A program made the position numbers and the translations under genes. The notes below the pieces were generated by a model. That model was not told the DNA's origin, did not search any database, and worked only from the letters and a program-made list of their open reading frames with translations. DNA of 63,514 nt, filler included, from Rhabdomonas costata (Eukaryota), in the NCBI GenBank assembly GCA_019059605.1. It is 38 parts of 38 records of this genome, joined end to end, with 100 filler letters (N's around TTAATTAATTAA, not from the genome) between each part and the next. Parts side by side here need not be neighbours in the genome. Positions count along the whole stretch, not along the records: positions 1 to 1,576 come from JAHMHO010012747.1; positions 1,677 to 3,255 come from JAHMHO010012748.1; positions 3,356 to 4,916 come from JAHMHO010012749.1; positions 5,017 to 6,591 come from JAHMHO010012750.1; positions 6,692 to 8,265 come from JAHMHO010012751.1; positions 8,366 to 9,940 come from JAHMHO010012752.1; positions 10,041 to 11,615 come from JAHMHO010012753.1; 31 more parts are not named here. One strand, written 5' to 3'. Shown piece after piece: positions 1 to 10,408 of the stretch (position 1 is the stretch's first letter; every line of letters begins with the position of its first letter).

Positions 1-1416
1 GTTTTTGGGTGGGACAGTTCCCCCGTCCTGAAACTGTGTACTTCCTGACAATGTCGTTGGTGCGGACTGCCCCGCTCTCGATCTGATTTCCTGGCAATCC
101 TTCATGAAATGGCCTGGTGACACGCAGTAAAAACACCTCAGCGCCCCCCGCTGCACCGCGTCGTCCAAGGGTGATTGTGCAAACGGGCTTCTCCCTTCCA
201 AACTAATGGTATTTGTTGTCGCCGGTGATCTCGGCGAGATAGACCTCTGTCCCACCACCGTTCTACCCACTACTCTTGGTCTGTCTCTAACAGGTGAAAC
301 GGTTCTGGGGAATCCTCCTCTTCCTCTACTCAAAAAGCTTCCCCCCCTGGAGTACACTCTGGTCGTTGGGGATGGGTGTCTAGGTGACGGGGTCCTAACT
401 GCGTTGGCTTGCGCCTCTCCACGCTCCACAAACAGCACCACTCTGGGAGGCGACGCGATCGCCCCCAGCAACGTTCCTGACGTCATGGCGTCCCAACACC
501 CGTCAACCGACATCCCACTCATGTCCCTCGAGCTTGCACTGACCACCACTGCACTCTCTGAACCGTGTGATTGAATTCGAGCTGGTGGCTGGTCAAAGTA
601 CCGCGCCCCTCCAAACGGCGAGTTGCCGAATCTCAATGAATCCAGCTCCATTCCTGTCAGTTTCGCTGTCGCTTTCTCTGCTGGTGGCGCGACAACAATG
701 ACCTTGGGTGGCGCTCTGGGTTTCATGTGGAACTCCCAGGCCGCTTCAACGTTTTCCTGCAAACTCAAAAGCTTTTCGTCATCAGCTCTGCCTGCATGTC
801 TGTCTCCAACCATTGAATGAAAAGGTACCTCAAGTGTAAGTCATGAACAAAATGACAACATCTCAGTAGCTTGGCTCCCAGTGTGAACTGAGACACGAAA
901 AACTGAAAGTTTCCGTCAACTCTAAGCTTATCCAATCTCCAACAAAATGTTGTACTCAAAAGTGTCCGAACAGAACCTGGTCTTCAAGTAAGCTACAAAC
1001 GCTTCCCACGTCTCAAACGTCTGAGCGTCCCCCAATGTGCCTCTGGCGTGCGGTCCCATCGCTCCAACCGCAAAGGTGATTGCAACCTGGTCAGGAAGAC
1101 GCCGGTTCATCTTTTTCTCCTCCACAGTAATTATCCACGGCAAGAAATTCTCTGGGTTACCATCGTATGGTGGGAACTCTGGGTCCCGTTCCTGCAATTT
1201 CCTCAGCGCTACTGTCTCTCGACATGCACCCTCTGAGTTCGTACTCTCTGTCAACTTGTCAAGAGCTCTTGTCATCACTTGAGTTGTCGCCACCTGATTC
1301 TGATTCATCAACCGCAAGGCCTCTGCCAACTGCACCAACAATTCCCCCGCCACAACGGGCTCTCCGGTGAAACCGGCAGGACCGTTGCCATATCTTGTAC
1401 TAGACCGGTGCCCCAT
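1..1416 (-). pseudogene. gag: Retrotransposon Gag, frameshifted twice (~945, ~766), truncated at the window edge
   Basis: PEFPPYDGNPENFLPW...TWEAFVAYLKTRF (retrotransposon gag-like); GMELDSL (PMELD-like); zinc knuckle CFYCVSPGHFMKDC (CX2CX4HX4C) at 94-135; frame open from 765 to 1. Confidence 0.85.
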
Positions 1417-1517
1417 CTGTGGGGCTGGCTCGGTCCCTGCTCGTTCATTCTTTTCTCAAACAAACAAATTCAAACTTTCCATTCGACCACGTGTCACAAC
1501 AAACCAAACTGTCCCCA

Positions 1518-1532
1518 CTTCCTCTGTTACCA
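1518..1532 (-). promoter_or_regulatory. Primer-binding site, likely for initiator tRNA-Met
   Basis: TGGTAACAGAGGAAG lies 2 nt after an LTR-terminal CA and resembles the TGGTATCAGAGC/TGGTAGCAGAGG iMet-type PBS. Confidence 0.7.
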
Positions 1533-1576
1533 ACTGTCACGAAGTGCCAATTGACACCTCTTCTCAAGTGCTGCCC

Positions 1577-1676
1577 NNNNNNNNNNNNNNNNNNNNNNNN
1601 NNNNNNNNNNNNNNNNNNNNTTAATTAATTAANNNNNNNNNNNNNNNNNNNNNNNNNNNNNNNNNNNNNNNNNNNN
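1577..1676. other. Artificial contig-joining spacer (44 N + TTAATTAATTAA + 44 N); first of 37 identical spacers recurring every ~1.67 kb
   Basis: Identical 100-nt block between every ~1575-bp segment; TTAATTAATTAA gives stops in all six frames; flanking sequences are unrelated. Confidence 0.99.
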
Positions 1677-1752
1677 TTGGGGGGAGCCCTGGGGGCTCGG
1701 GGAAGGCTGTGCGCGCTCGCTTGATGCGGCGGTGGCCGCTGTGGGTGCTGAG

Positions 1753-1881
1753 GTGTGTGTGTGTGTGTGTGTGTGTGTGGCCCACCAAAAGTTGGAAGCC
1801 CATGGGGGGGAAGTGGACCCCAGAAAAATTCACCTTGGCAAAGTGCACCCAGCGTGTTTCAAAACCGACTGTGACCTGAAG
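1753..1881 (+). repeat. Dispersed intron-associated repeat, short copy C
   Basis: Core AAAGTTGGAAGCCCATGGGGGGGAAGTGGACC..CAGAAAAATTCACCTTGGCAAAGTGCAC matches copies at 14.6-14.8 kb and 32.9-33.15 kb; bounded by GT (1753) and ACCTGAAG (1881). Confidence 0.7.
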
Positions 1882-4800
1882 GGCCCGCTCTGGCTGCCGC
1901 TGCAGCAATTGTGGCTGATTAATGAGCCTCGTAGTATCGTGCGCTTTTCTGACTGATGAGCGATCTGGTACACTGCTCCCTGTTTTACGCACCTGGAAGG
2001 CTGCAGCTCCCAGGTCGAGCATACTAGCCGATATTTCTCTCTGCCCCAGAAAGGGCGTTGAAAAGTCGCTGAGGAAACCGGTGTGTATGTTTGTATGTGT
2101 TTGAAGAAGAGATCTCCACCACAGCACGCTGTTTTTGCGTTTGTGTGGAGGCGACTGGATCGGGGTTTGGGCCAGAGGGGTGTGTTGTGTGCATTGCAAG
2201 CAACAAGCTTGATAAGTAGTGCACGGGTTGAGAAACGGCTGTGACTTGGGTTTCGGGTTGCCGCCGCTGCTGCTACCGTTGCGGTACACTACGATTTGTG
2301 GTGTCGTTCATGACAAGAGTTGGGTCTCGCACGTTCCGAGACTTTGTGTGAGCTCATCCCTTCCCCACGCGAAAAAAAAGCATTTCCCATAATCTTCAGA
2401 TTAGCATGTATAAGTGAGTATGTAGTGTATAGTGGATTAACTTTGTTCTTCATTGCCAAAGCAAATGAAGAAAATAGGATTCCAACAGAGATGATGGAAA
2501 GAGTGTGTGTTTGGGAGGGGTTTAGACCTCCGGGGGGAGATTTTTTGGATGCAGGCTCCTTGCCGCCCAAGTGCTTCTCCACGCTGGGCTTGCGCTTCCT
2601 GGGCCAGTGCCCTGCAACCCCCATGGCGACAGCAGCAGCAGTCTGGCACTTTTCATGGGCGACGCCACCGGGCCCGGCGCATGGGGAGCAGAACCCTGGG
2701 AGGCTGGCGGACTTCTGCAGGCCCCACCTACGGCGAGCCCACTGTGGCAGCGGTGGACTTGGTGGTGCTGGTGGGGTGACCCTCCTCATGAGATGCTGCC
2801 CCTCTCTTGCCGGGTGAGTCAAATCCATTCCATGACCTACCCCTCTTACTTCTTTTGTTTAGTGAGGTGCTTCTCTCTTTTCTCGCTTTCTCGCTGTTCA
2901 TCGCGCTCTTCTCGTTGTTCGTCTTCTTTCTTTCACCCACCGCTTTTGCTTTCAATCAAGACGGGCTTGTTTCGGAATTGGTTTGCTCGGGGTGTTGCGT
3001 CCCTCTTTATTGGTTTATTGGGGGGGGGAATTCTGACCCCGTGTATGTGCTTAATGGGATATCAAGTTATGTCACTGCCTTCAGAGATCACCTTCCATCG
3101 GGGAACTCGTGCAATCCCTCTCTGTATCTGTGGCGCAGTTTGACACATTACCTTCTGGAGGCACCATTTACGTCATACAGAAAGTTCAGAAAGTGCTGAC
3201 AGTCCTGTTTTCCAAAATGTTTGAACAACACACTCCACCCCCCCCCCCAAAAAAANNNNNNNNNNNNNNNNNNNNNNNNNNNNNNNNNNNNNNNNNNNNT
3301 TAATTAATTAANNNNNNNNNNNNNNNNNNNNNNNNNNNNNNNNNNNNNNNNNNNNCAGCTTGCCCTGCATGGTCTCCAGACGTGCGAACTCCCCCTTATG
3401 TGTGATTCACCTGAGAGTTGAAGACTGCGAATTCCTGGCAACCGTGGTGTAACCAAGGGCATCACATCGACCCTAGTTGGTGGGTGGGGGCTCCCCTGCA
3501 CGTGCATGGCCTCCTAACCCCCTGCGAGAAAAATACTCTTATAACCAGAGTTTCGGATGAGAATAGGTGCGCCATAAATATTTTACCTCCTGCACAGTTC
3601 CGAGAAAATCCATCCTGACAAGTAATTGAGCAGTTGCCTTTCTTTCTGCAATCTCCTCAATTTCCGAGCGACACACCGTTAGCGATCTCTCTTGCCCCAA
3701 CTGTGAGGGGGTGCAGCACCTTTGGTTTCAGGTCATCGTAGCCTAGTTTTTGGTTTTCTCATAGCATGCTAGCAAACTGCGGACAACCAAAAAGAAACCC
3801 ATTTGAGACACCAATATTCCTTGACAGGCCAAACTTCAAGGGCATCATCTCAAGTGTTGAGTGGCATTATTTCACAGCTGGAGTTGCATGTCCGCGCAGC
3901 GGAGCCGTTCTTTGGCACATTTGAGGTTTTAACGGAGAGCCACGATGTTTACCGCCATCCATATCTTCATCCATCTTTAGGGAGATATAAACTCATCCTT
4001 ACGGACACGTGCACCCCAGCACTCACGTGCTCAAGCGAGCATGCCCAGTCTGCATTCTGTACAAACATTGACACCAAAGCATTCAGTGAGAAAGGCTCTC
4101 GATCAAGACATGCACAACGGACAAAACGGCGGGAATACAGAATCAAGCCCCATTCAAAGGGACCCGGCTGTTGCGAAGGTCGGCGGCTGTGAGCCGTTTC
4201 GGCTGCTGCTTCTGCTGGTCTGTTGCGAACTTGAGGCCGCAGGCAGAGGGGGCAGCATGGTTCCTTTCGGAGGTTTCTGAGGCGGAGTGGCCAGCCTGTG
4301 CTCGAGCTGCCCAAGAGGGTCACTAAACCTGGTTAGGCGGCTCTGTGCACCCAACAACATGAAAAGCGCAGAAACGATAAAAGGAGAAACAATCCTGGCT
4401 TCGAGCCATCTACGGTATTTGCTGAAATACGAGGGGGATATGCACGACATCGTATTCACCCACCCGACTCACTCCACAATGCAGGGGCGTCCTCGTAACT
4501 GTGCACAAGGGTTAGCAGAGAATCCATCAAGCCAACCTCTCAACCTCTCAACTTCTCAAGCCAACCTCTGGCCTCCTCAAATGCGTCAGGTTCATTGGCG
4601 AATGTTTAATCCCTAATCCCTGATTGTCCCTCCTGTTAGTGATTCGCTTAACCACACACATTAGGATTATTTACCCAAATCATCATAACATCACCAACAT
4701 TTCGGTGCCAACGGTACCCAAGGGGACTGTTCAGCAAACCAACACACAAACAAACCCGCCAGTTCAAAAAGACAGAAGCTTACCCTTAACTGAATCTACA

Positions 4801-5201
4801 GGCCCTTTGGACTGAAACCACCTCATCCCATATGCGCATCGTTCATCGCGGATGCACCGCTCATTCGAGAAGCAAATCAGGGCATGCGCGAAAAGAAAAC
4901 TTCCGCACCACCCACANNNNNNNNNNNNNNNNNNNNNNNNNNNNNNNNNNNNNNNNNNNNTTAATTAATTAANNNNNNNNNNNNNNNNNNNNNNNNNNNN
5001 NNNNNNNNNNNNNNNNGTGTGTGGGTGGTTTGGGAAACTATGCCGTTTCTGAAACCTAACCACTAATTTCCCAATCCACCTACCAAAATTCAATTCAAAG
5101 AAACAGGTGCATCACATTCAGAAAATACGCATCGACAGAGAGATCCGAGCGTCTCTGTCTCTGGACAGGACAGGACAGCCTAGGGAACCTGTGCAGCTCA
5201 C

Positions 5202-6311
5202 CACGGTGTACGAGGGCAAAGTTGGGGAGGCCAAAAAGCTCTGCATCGCGGCGTCGGCGGACGCCTGGGTCCACATGTTGGCCACCCGAAAAATCACCAC
5301 GACACTGCCTGAGGAGATCTGTGAGACCCAAGAGAAAAGATGCACCAACGCAAAACCACGCATTGCCACCATAGCCGCTGCTTACATCGGTCGCGGCCAG
5401 TGAGTGCCAGGCAGATCATCGGACAAAGACTTCTCGAGACAGGCGCCCCCCATTCTCGATTAACTGAAAATTTATGAAACGAACGTCGACCCCGGAACTG
5501 GACACATGCAAGAGATGTATTTAGTTAATAAATGCCCTTGGGCACACCAAAACACTTCCTCCCACTCCGACCTCGTTAAAACGTTGCTCTGGGTTCCGCA
5601 GCTAATTACACGAGTGCGTGAGAAGGAGAGACCGCGTGCACAAAAGCACAGCGGAAAACGATGAGGCGGCTGGGCGCGTCAACGAATCGAGGGCAATGGA
5701 TGGATATCTTTCTATTCTTGCTAGAATGACGATGCTGCTCGAGAAACGTCATCGGGTGGAAAGGGGAAGCACAAAAGGGTGCTTGACTGTGAAAGCTGAA
5801 CTAAGTATAGCTAAGTATAGGTCTAAAGACTTCATTGACAATGCAGTCTTGGAGGGAGCAAGTGTTCCGCGAGCACTCGCACCCGCATGAACTCGATGTT
5901 CTCGGACCCCACCCCCATGCGCAGCGCCAAGGCGCTCTGCAGGGCAGTGGTGTTCACCGATGCCAACTATACAGCAGCAAAGAAATTGACGGCAAACTCG
6001 AGTTGACAAAAGCAGAAATGGGTTGAGAAACAAGCCGGCCTGACAAGCCCGATAAGAATATCAGAACAGAAAGAACTGTTCTGATAGCTAAAACTAGAAC
6101 AGTCCTCCAGCGAACGAGCGGGAAGCTGAGTTGGTATGCAGAGCAATAGTGGAAGGGAGTGGTGGGGGTGGTAAAACCGTCAAGCTGAGGGTCAAGACCG
6201 CAGGAACTGACGCGTACCCCGGCACCACGGTCACTGCCACAGTTCCCGTGAGGGCAAACAGGGGCTGACCATAGTACACCGTCACCGTCAGGGTAGTGCT
6301 CCCCAGGCTTC
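5202..6311 (-). CDS. Fragment of a surface protein with an SEA-like domain (exons 6311-6178, 5966-5883, 5318-5202)
   Basis: Phase-compatible GT-AG joins give VLTLSLTLASVNTTALQSALALRMGVGSENIEFMRISSGSVVVIFRV; GSVVV is the SEA cleavage motif. Confidence 0.6.
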
Positions 6312-6750
6312 CTGCGGTACATACGTCCCACCGCTTTCCTTCCTCGCCCTTCCTTTCACGGAGGGTGGGGTTCTTGGCCTCTCCTTTTTTCTGAGGTCCG
6401 AGTGGTGGGTTACATTCGGCAGAGTTCTGGTGCATCAAACCTTTACTTTCATATCTCACCACTATGCTCGAACAGCCCGAGCAGACGGGGGTCCACGAAC
6501 AGGACAACAAACCGCAACAACAAACCGCATCCTTTACTTTGGCATCCACTCAGCCAATTATTGGGCTTCTGTGGAACCACACCCAAACCCCNNNNNNNNN
6601 NNNNNNNNNNNNNNNNNNNNNNNNNNNNNNNNNNNTTAATTAATTAANNNNNNNNNNNNNNNNNNNNNNNNNNNNNNNNNNNNNNNNNNNNTGTGGGGGT
6701 GGTGCTGAAGATCGACCGTCATGAGGTAGAGTGGCCGCTGGTGGTCAACA

Positions 6751-8260
6751 AGGTGATCCCCACCGCCGTGAACAGCAGGATCAGCATGTTGACCACCAGC
6801 GGCCACTCTACCTCATGACGGTCGATCTTCAGCACCAGTCCCGCTCCAAGCTGGAAAGAAATAACAGCGGCAGAAGGATGGATTTCACAACGCATTGAGG
6901 CACAAAGAGGTCGTAACCGGGCTCAGCGCATACCAGGGTGGAATAGGTGTAGGCGGAGTACACGCTCGTCCCATGGTAGTCCGTGCCCACGGCCAGCCCG
7001 GTGCCCCCGCGAAGTGCCTCCAGCATCGCCGCCGAGCCCGAGCCGCTGCGGATGCATGGAGGGGAGGGCGTCTGACTCGCATCGCTACAGCCTCCCGGGA
7101 CGTCCTGCAGATCGGTGATGTACTGCACTCCAGTAGGGGTGGCGGTGGTGTTGGTGTACGGCAGGCCCACAAGAAGCTCCATGGAGGAGGACTCCTTCGA
7201 GTTGGAATTCTGGATATCCGCGTAAGCCGTGACACTGTTGACGCTTCTCTGGAGGATCTGCGCATCGTCGACCTTGTAGACCAGCCCTAGGTTGACAGCA
7301 TAGGTCACCAGACCTTCATTGGACGTCGCGCATAAAACAGGAGTCAAAATGTTACTCAACCACTCAATGGCGATGTGTGCATCGAGGCAATCGGTGACAG
7401 CAACTCTTTGGTCGTGGTGAAGGATGATGAAACAGCACCTTCAATTCCCGCCCCTCACCCATGCAAAATCACGCGGTGGTTAGTTGCCCATGCCAGGAGA
7501 ATCAAAGTGAAAAGGGAGACTTCGTGTCACATGACAGCGAGGTAACAAATCATCACCTGTGGCGGTTTTCTGTCCCCGGCCCACAACAAGGAATCCGTCC
7601 CAAAAGCTCTCAGCATTCTAACTGTTAGCGACCCAAGTTGGACACTAGATGCCTGGGACCGCTTTGACTTTCACGAAACTTCCTATAAAAAACAAAGTGG
7701 ACGCCTGTCCACCACAAAAATAGGAGTTCCGTGGAATGGCACACACCCGCATTCAGCCGAGGAAGGCACACATAGGCCGCCAGCACACTGACATTTCTGA
7801 AAAGGGGAGAGGAGGCAGGATATGGGAGAGAACGAATACAGCCACTGGCCCGCACAGCACAGCCTTTTCGCGGCAACGAATGAATAGCCGGGACAAAACG
7901 AAGCTTACCGCGAGCGGCATACCGGTAGTCCAGATTGAAACCGGCGCCTCTGCGGCAGTTCACCACAGCGTTCACCATGGCCAAGGCCGGACCAGGGCAC
8001 TTTGGCTTGCAGACCTCATTGAAGTGCTTCGGGGTGCTCAGAAACGAAAACCCCTTCGTCCCGTTCACCATCGTGGCACGGCCCAGCAGCAGCTCTGTGG
8101 TCCCGTTCAGGTTGGCGTTGATCACGCTGCCCTGCTTGCCGAGCTGCAGCAGAATGTCCTCCTGAAGTTGGGCCATCGGGATCTCCAGTACAAGGGAGAC
8201 GTTCAGGTAGGGCATCGTCCAGCTCGCCGCCAACACTGCGCCGTATCCCCCTGAACCCAC
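6751..8260 (-). CDS. Membrane receptor fragment with tandem Cache-like domains followed by a TM helix (exons 8260-7923, 7796-7747, 7286-6934, 6850-~6751)
   Basis: Repeated DYRNVSVLAAY...GLVYKVD and DYHGTSVYSAY...GLVLKIDRHE motifs, then hydrophobic PLVVNMLILLFTAVGITL; three GT-AG introns in phase. Confidence 0.75.
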
Positions 8261-9255
8261 AACACNNNNNNNNNNNNNNNNNNNNNNNNNNNNNNNNNNN
8301 NNNNNNNNNTTAATTAATTAANNNNNNNNNNNNNNNNNNNNNNNNNNNNNNNNNNNNNNNNNNNNGTGTGTGGTTTCTTTCTGGTGAAATTTTGCAGTTG
8401 GATGGTTAGCGGAGTGGAGACTGAACCATTTTTCTGACTCCTTCGAAGACCGCACTTTTTGCATACCATTGACTTGAACATGCTTCTGGATTGCATTTTT
8501 CCACCCACTTCCATCTCCACGTCTCTCTACTACCATGACATCACAGCCACCATGACAGCCGTTTTGTAAGCTTTCCCCTTTCCTTTCCCCCTTTCCTTAT
8601 TTTTCTTTTTCTGTTTTCCCTGTGTAGCTGTGTGGTTGAGGTGTCCCAATCCACACCTCCCCTGCCTCCCGCCCTCGGGTTGCTCCTTGCGCCGGTTCGT
8701 CCTTCTCGCCTTCTCCGCTGGCGATGGAACTCCCATCCTCGCCAGTCGTGCTGAACGCGGCCAACTGTCCCATTGTTTGGAACCCAGAGTGGACCATTGG
8801 CATTCCTCTAATTGACAGCCAGGTGCACCCCACAAAGGCAGCACACCCCAACCCAGCTTAGGCCTGAATTGCATGTCCCTCGGTCCCTCTTCTTGGTTGA
8901 GGTTGGGATAGGATTGCAACGCCGGTGCCTGCAGGGTAGAGTGGAAACTTTTTGCGTTTGGTCAACACATACCACACACCTGGCACTCAATGAAATGTGG
9001 TGGAGGGATAGAGGGGGAAGCACCCTGATTATCAACGGAAGAACCCGCCACACCGGCCAGCAGACTCCAGGCGCGTGAGCCGCTCACCAGCGCAAATGAC
9101 AAGAGGCATTTGCTTCACATCAGCCAGCGTGCCAGACAGATGCCAGAAGAAAGAAGAAAATATTCCGTACTCACTGCAAACGCACAAATGTCCATGGAAA
9201 TGGACCACAATAACTTTTTCATGTGCGCTCGCACCTTCCTTTCTATAAATTGCAG

Positions 9256-9708
9256 CATATGAGGCTGGTTGAGCTGGCGGAGGACCTGCGGCAGGCGATC
9301 GCGACCGACGGGCCCTCTTCCGCGCTGGTGACGAAGGCCCTGAAGGGTCTAGTGGGATACTGCGGGGAGCACTTCGAGTGCGAGCAACTGGTCCGCCACG
9401 TGAAGACATTCTTGTGCAGAAAAAAAAAGAAAAATGCTGTCCGCCGCGCTTCCATTTTGGTTATCCGCCCCACTACGTGACCAGTCGACAGCTGAAAGTA
9501 CGGCTCGCTTACGCACCGTTGGTGGCATCTCACTTGCATTCGCCAGCTCGCTTGTTCTCATGTGCAGCTGCAACAGCAGATCGGGTTTCCGTCGCTGTCC
9601 TCGCACTGTGTGGAGCACCGCGTGTTCACGGAAAACACCCTGAGGTGGCTATCGGAGTACCAGCAGGGCAGACTGGACCCCCGCTCAGTGCTGGAGGCTG
9701 TGCTCGGG
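9256..9708 (+). CDS. Hemerythrin domain fragment (exons 9256-9390, 9568-~9708)
   Basis: HMRLVELAEDL...LVGYCGEHFECEQLLQQQIGFPSLSSHCVEHRVF contains the H, HxxxE and HxxxH iron-ligand pattern. Confidence 0.8.
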
Positions 9709-10215
9709 GTTCTGCCCCAATCCCCCTCTTGGATTTTGCTCTCTGATTTTTGCCTGCCCACCCGTGACCACGAGTTTCTTTTGCGGTTTCTTCCCCTCTC
9801 CCCGCCAAGAAAAACGACGACCAAGTTTGTGAGCAGGTTTGCGTCCCTGGTCAACATATAGGCATATTTCTATTTCACACTCATCCCTCCCGTCCTTTGG
9901 AACCTCACCGCAGACCCCCCAACCCAAACACACCCACCACNNNNNNNNNNNNNNNNNNNNNNNNNNNNNNNNNNNNNNNNNNNNTTAATTAATTAANNNN
10001 NNNNNNNNNNNNNNNNNNNNNNNNNNNNNNNNNNNNNNNNGGTTTGTTGTCTCTTCGAACGTGCATCCCCCTCCCCTCTACCCAACTGACGAACGGTCAA
10101 ACCATGTGTCACTGTAGTTGTTTCTAGTGCTTTCCAATCTTTTTAATTCAGACGACTTTTTGTGGGGATATTTCATATTTCTTGATATGCGGGTGAATTT
10201 AGGTGAATTTATGCT

Positions 10216-10408
10216 TAAATTGTAGTGGTATGCTTTTTTGCAGCCCCCTGGCGATTTGCTGTCCGCAAAAAACAAGGCCAAGAAGGCCCACACGAGGGGC
10301 AGTGCCAACAAAGGAACATGCGCCCCGTGAAAAAGAGACAGCATTGCGGACAGCAAATCGCCAGGGGGCTGGAAAAAAGGTAGCCCCTCAAGTTCATACC
10401 ACAATTTT
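10216..10408. repeat. Internal imperfect inverted repeat, MITE/foldback-like
   Basis: Arms 10233-10268 and 10344-10379 (36 bp, 1 mismatch), extended by AAATTGT(A)GTGGTATG / CATACCACAATTTT; not at a contig end. Confidence 0.6.

Larger units (their letters stand above)
1..1576 (-). mobile_element. 5' part of a Ty3/Gypsy-like LTR retrotransposon (LTR end, PBS, gag)
   Basis: Minus strand reads ...GTGACA (LTR 3' end at 1535), GT, then TGGTAACAGAGGAAG (PBS), then a gag ORF from 1416 with capsid-like motifs and a CCHC knuckle. Confidence 0.85.

Noticed and set aside
6700..6837. Perfect 51-bp inverted repeat at the contig start (hairpin end or TIR?)
   Set aside because: It duplicates coding sequence of the Cache gene, switches at a TGTTG microhomology and abuts the primer-like end; typical amplification fold-back chimera
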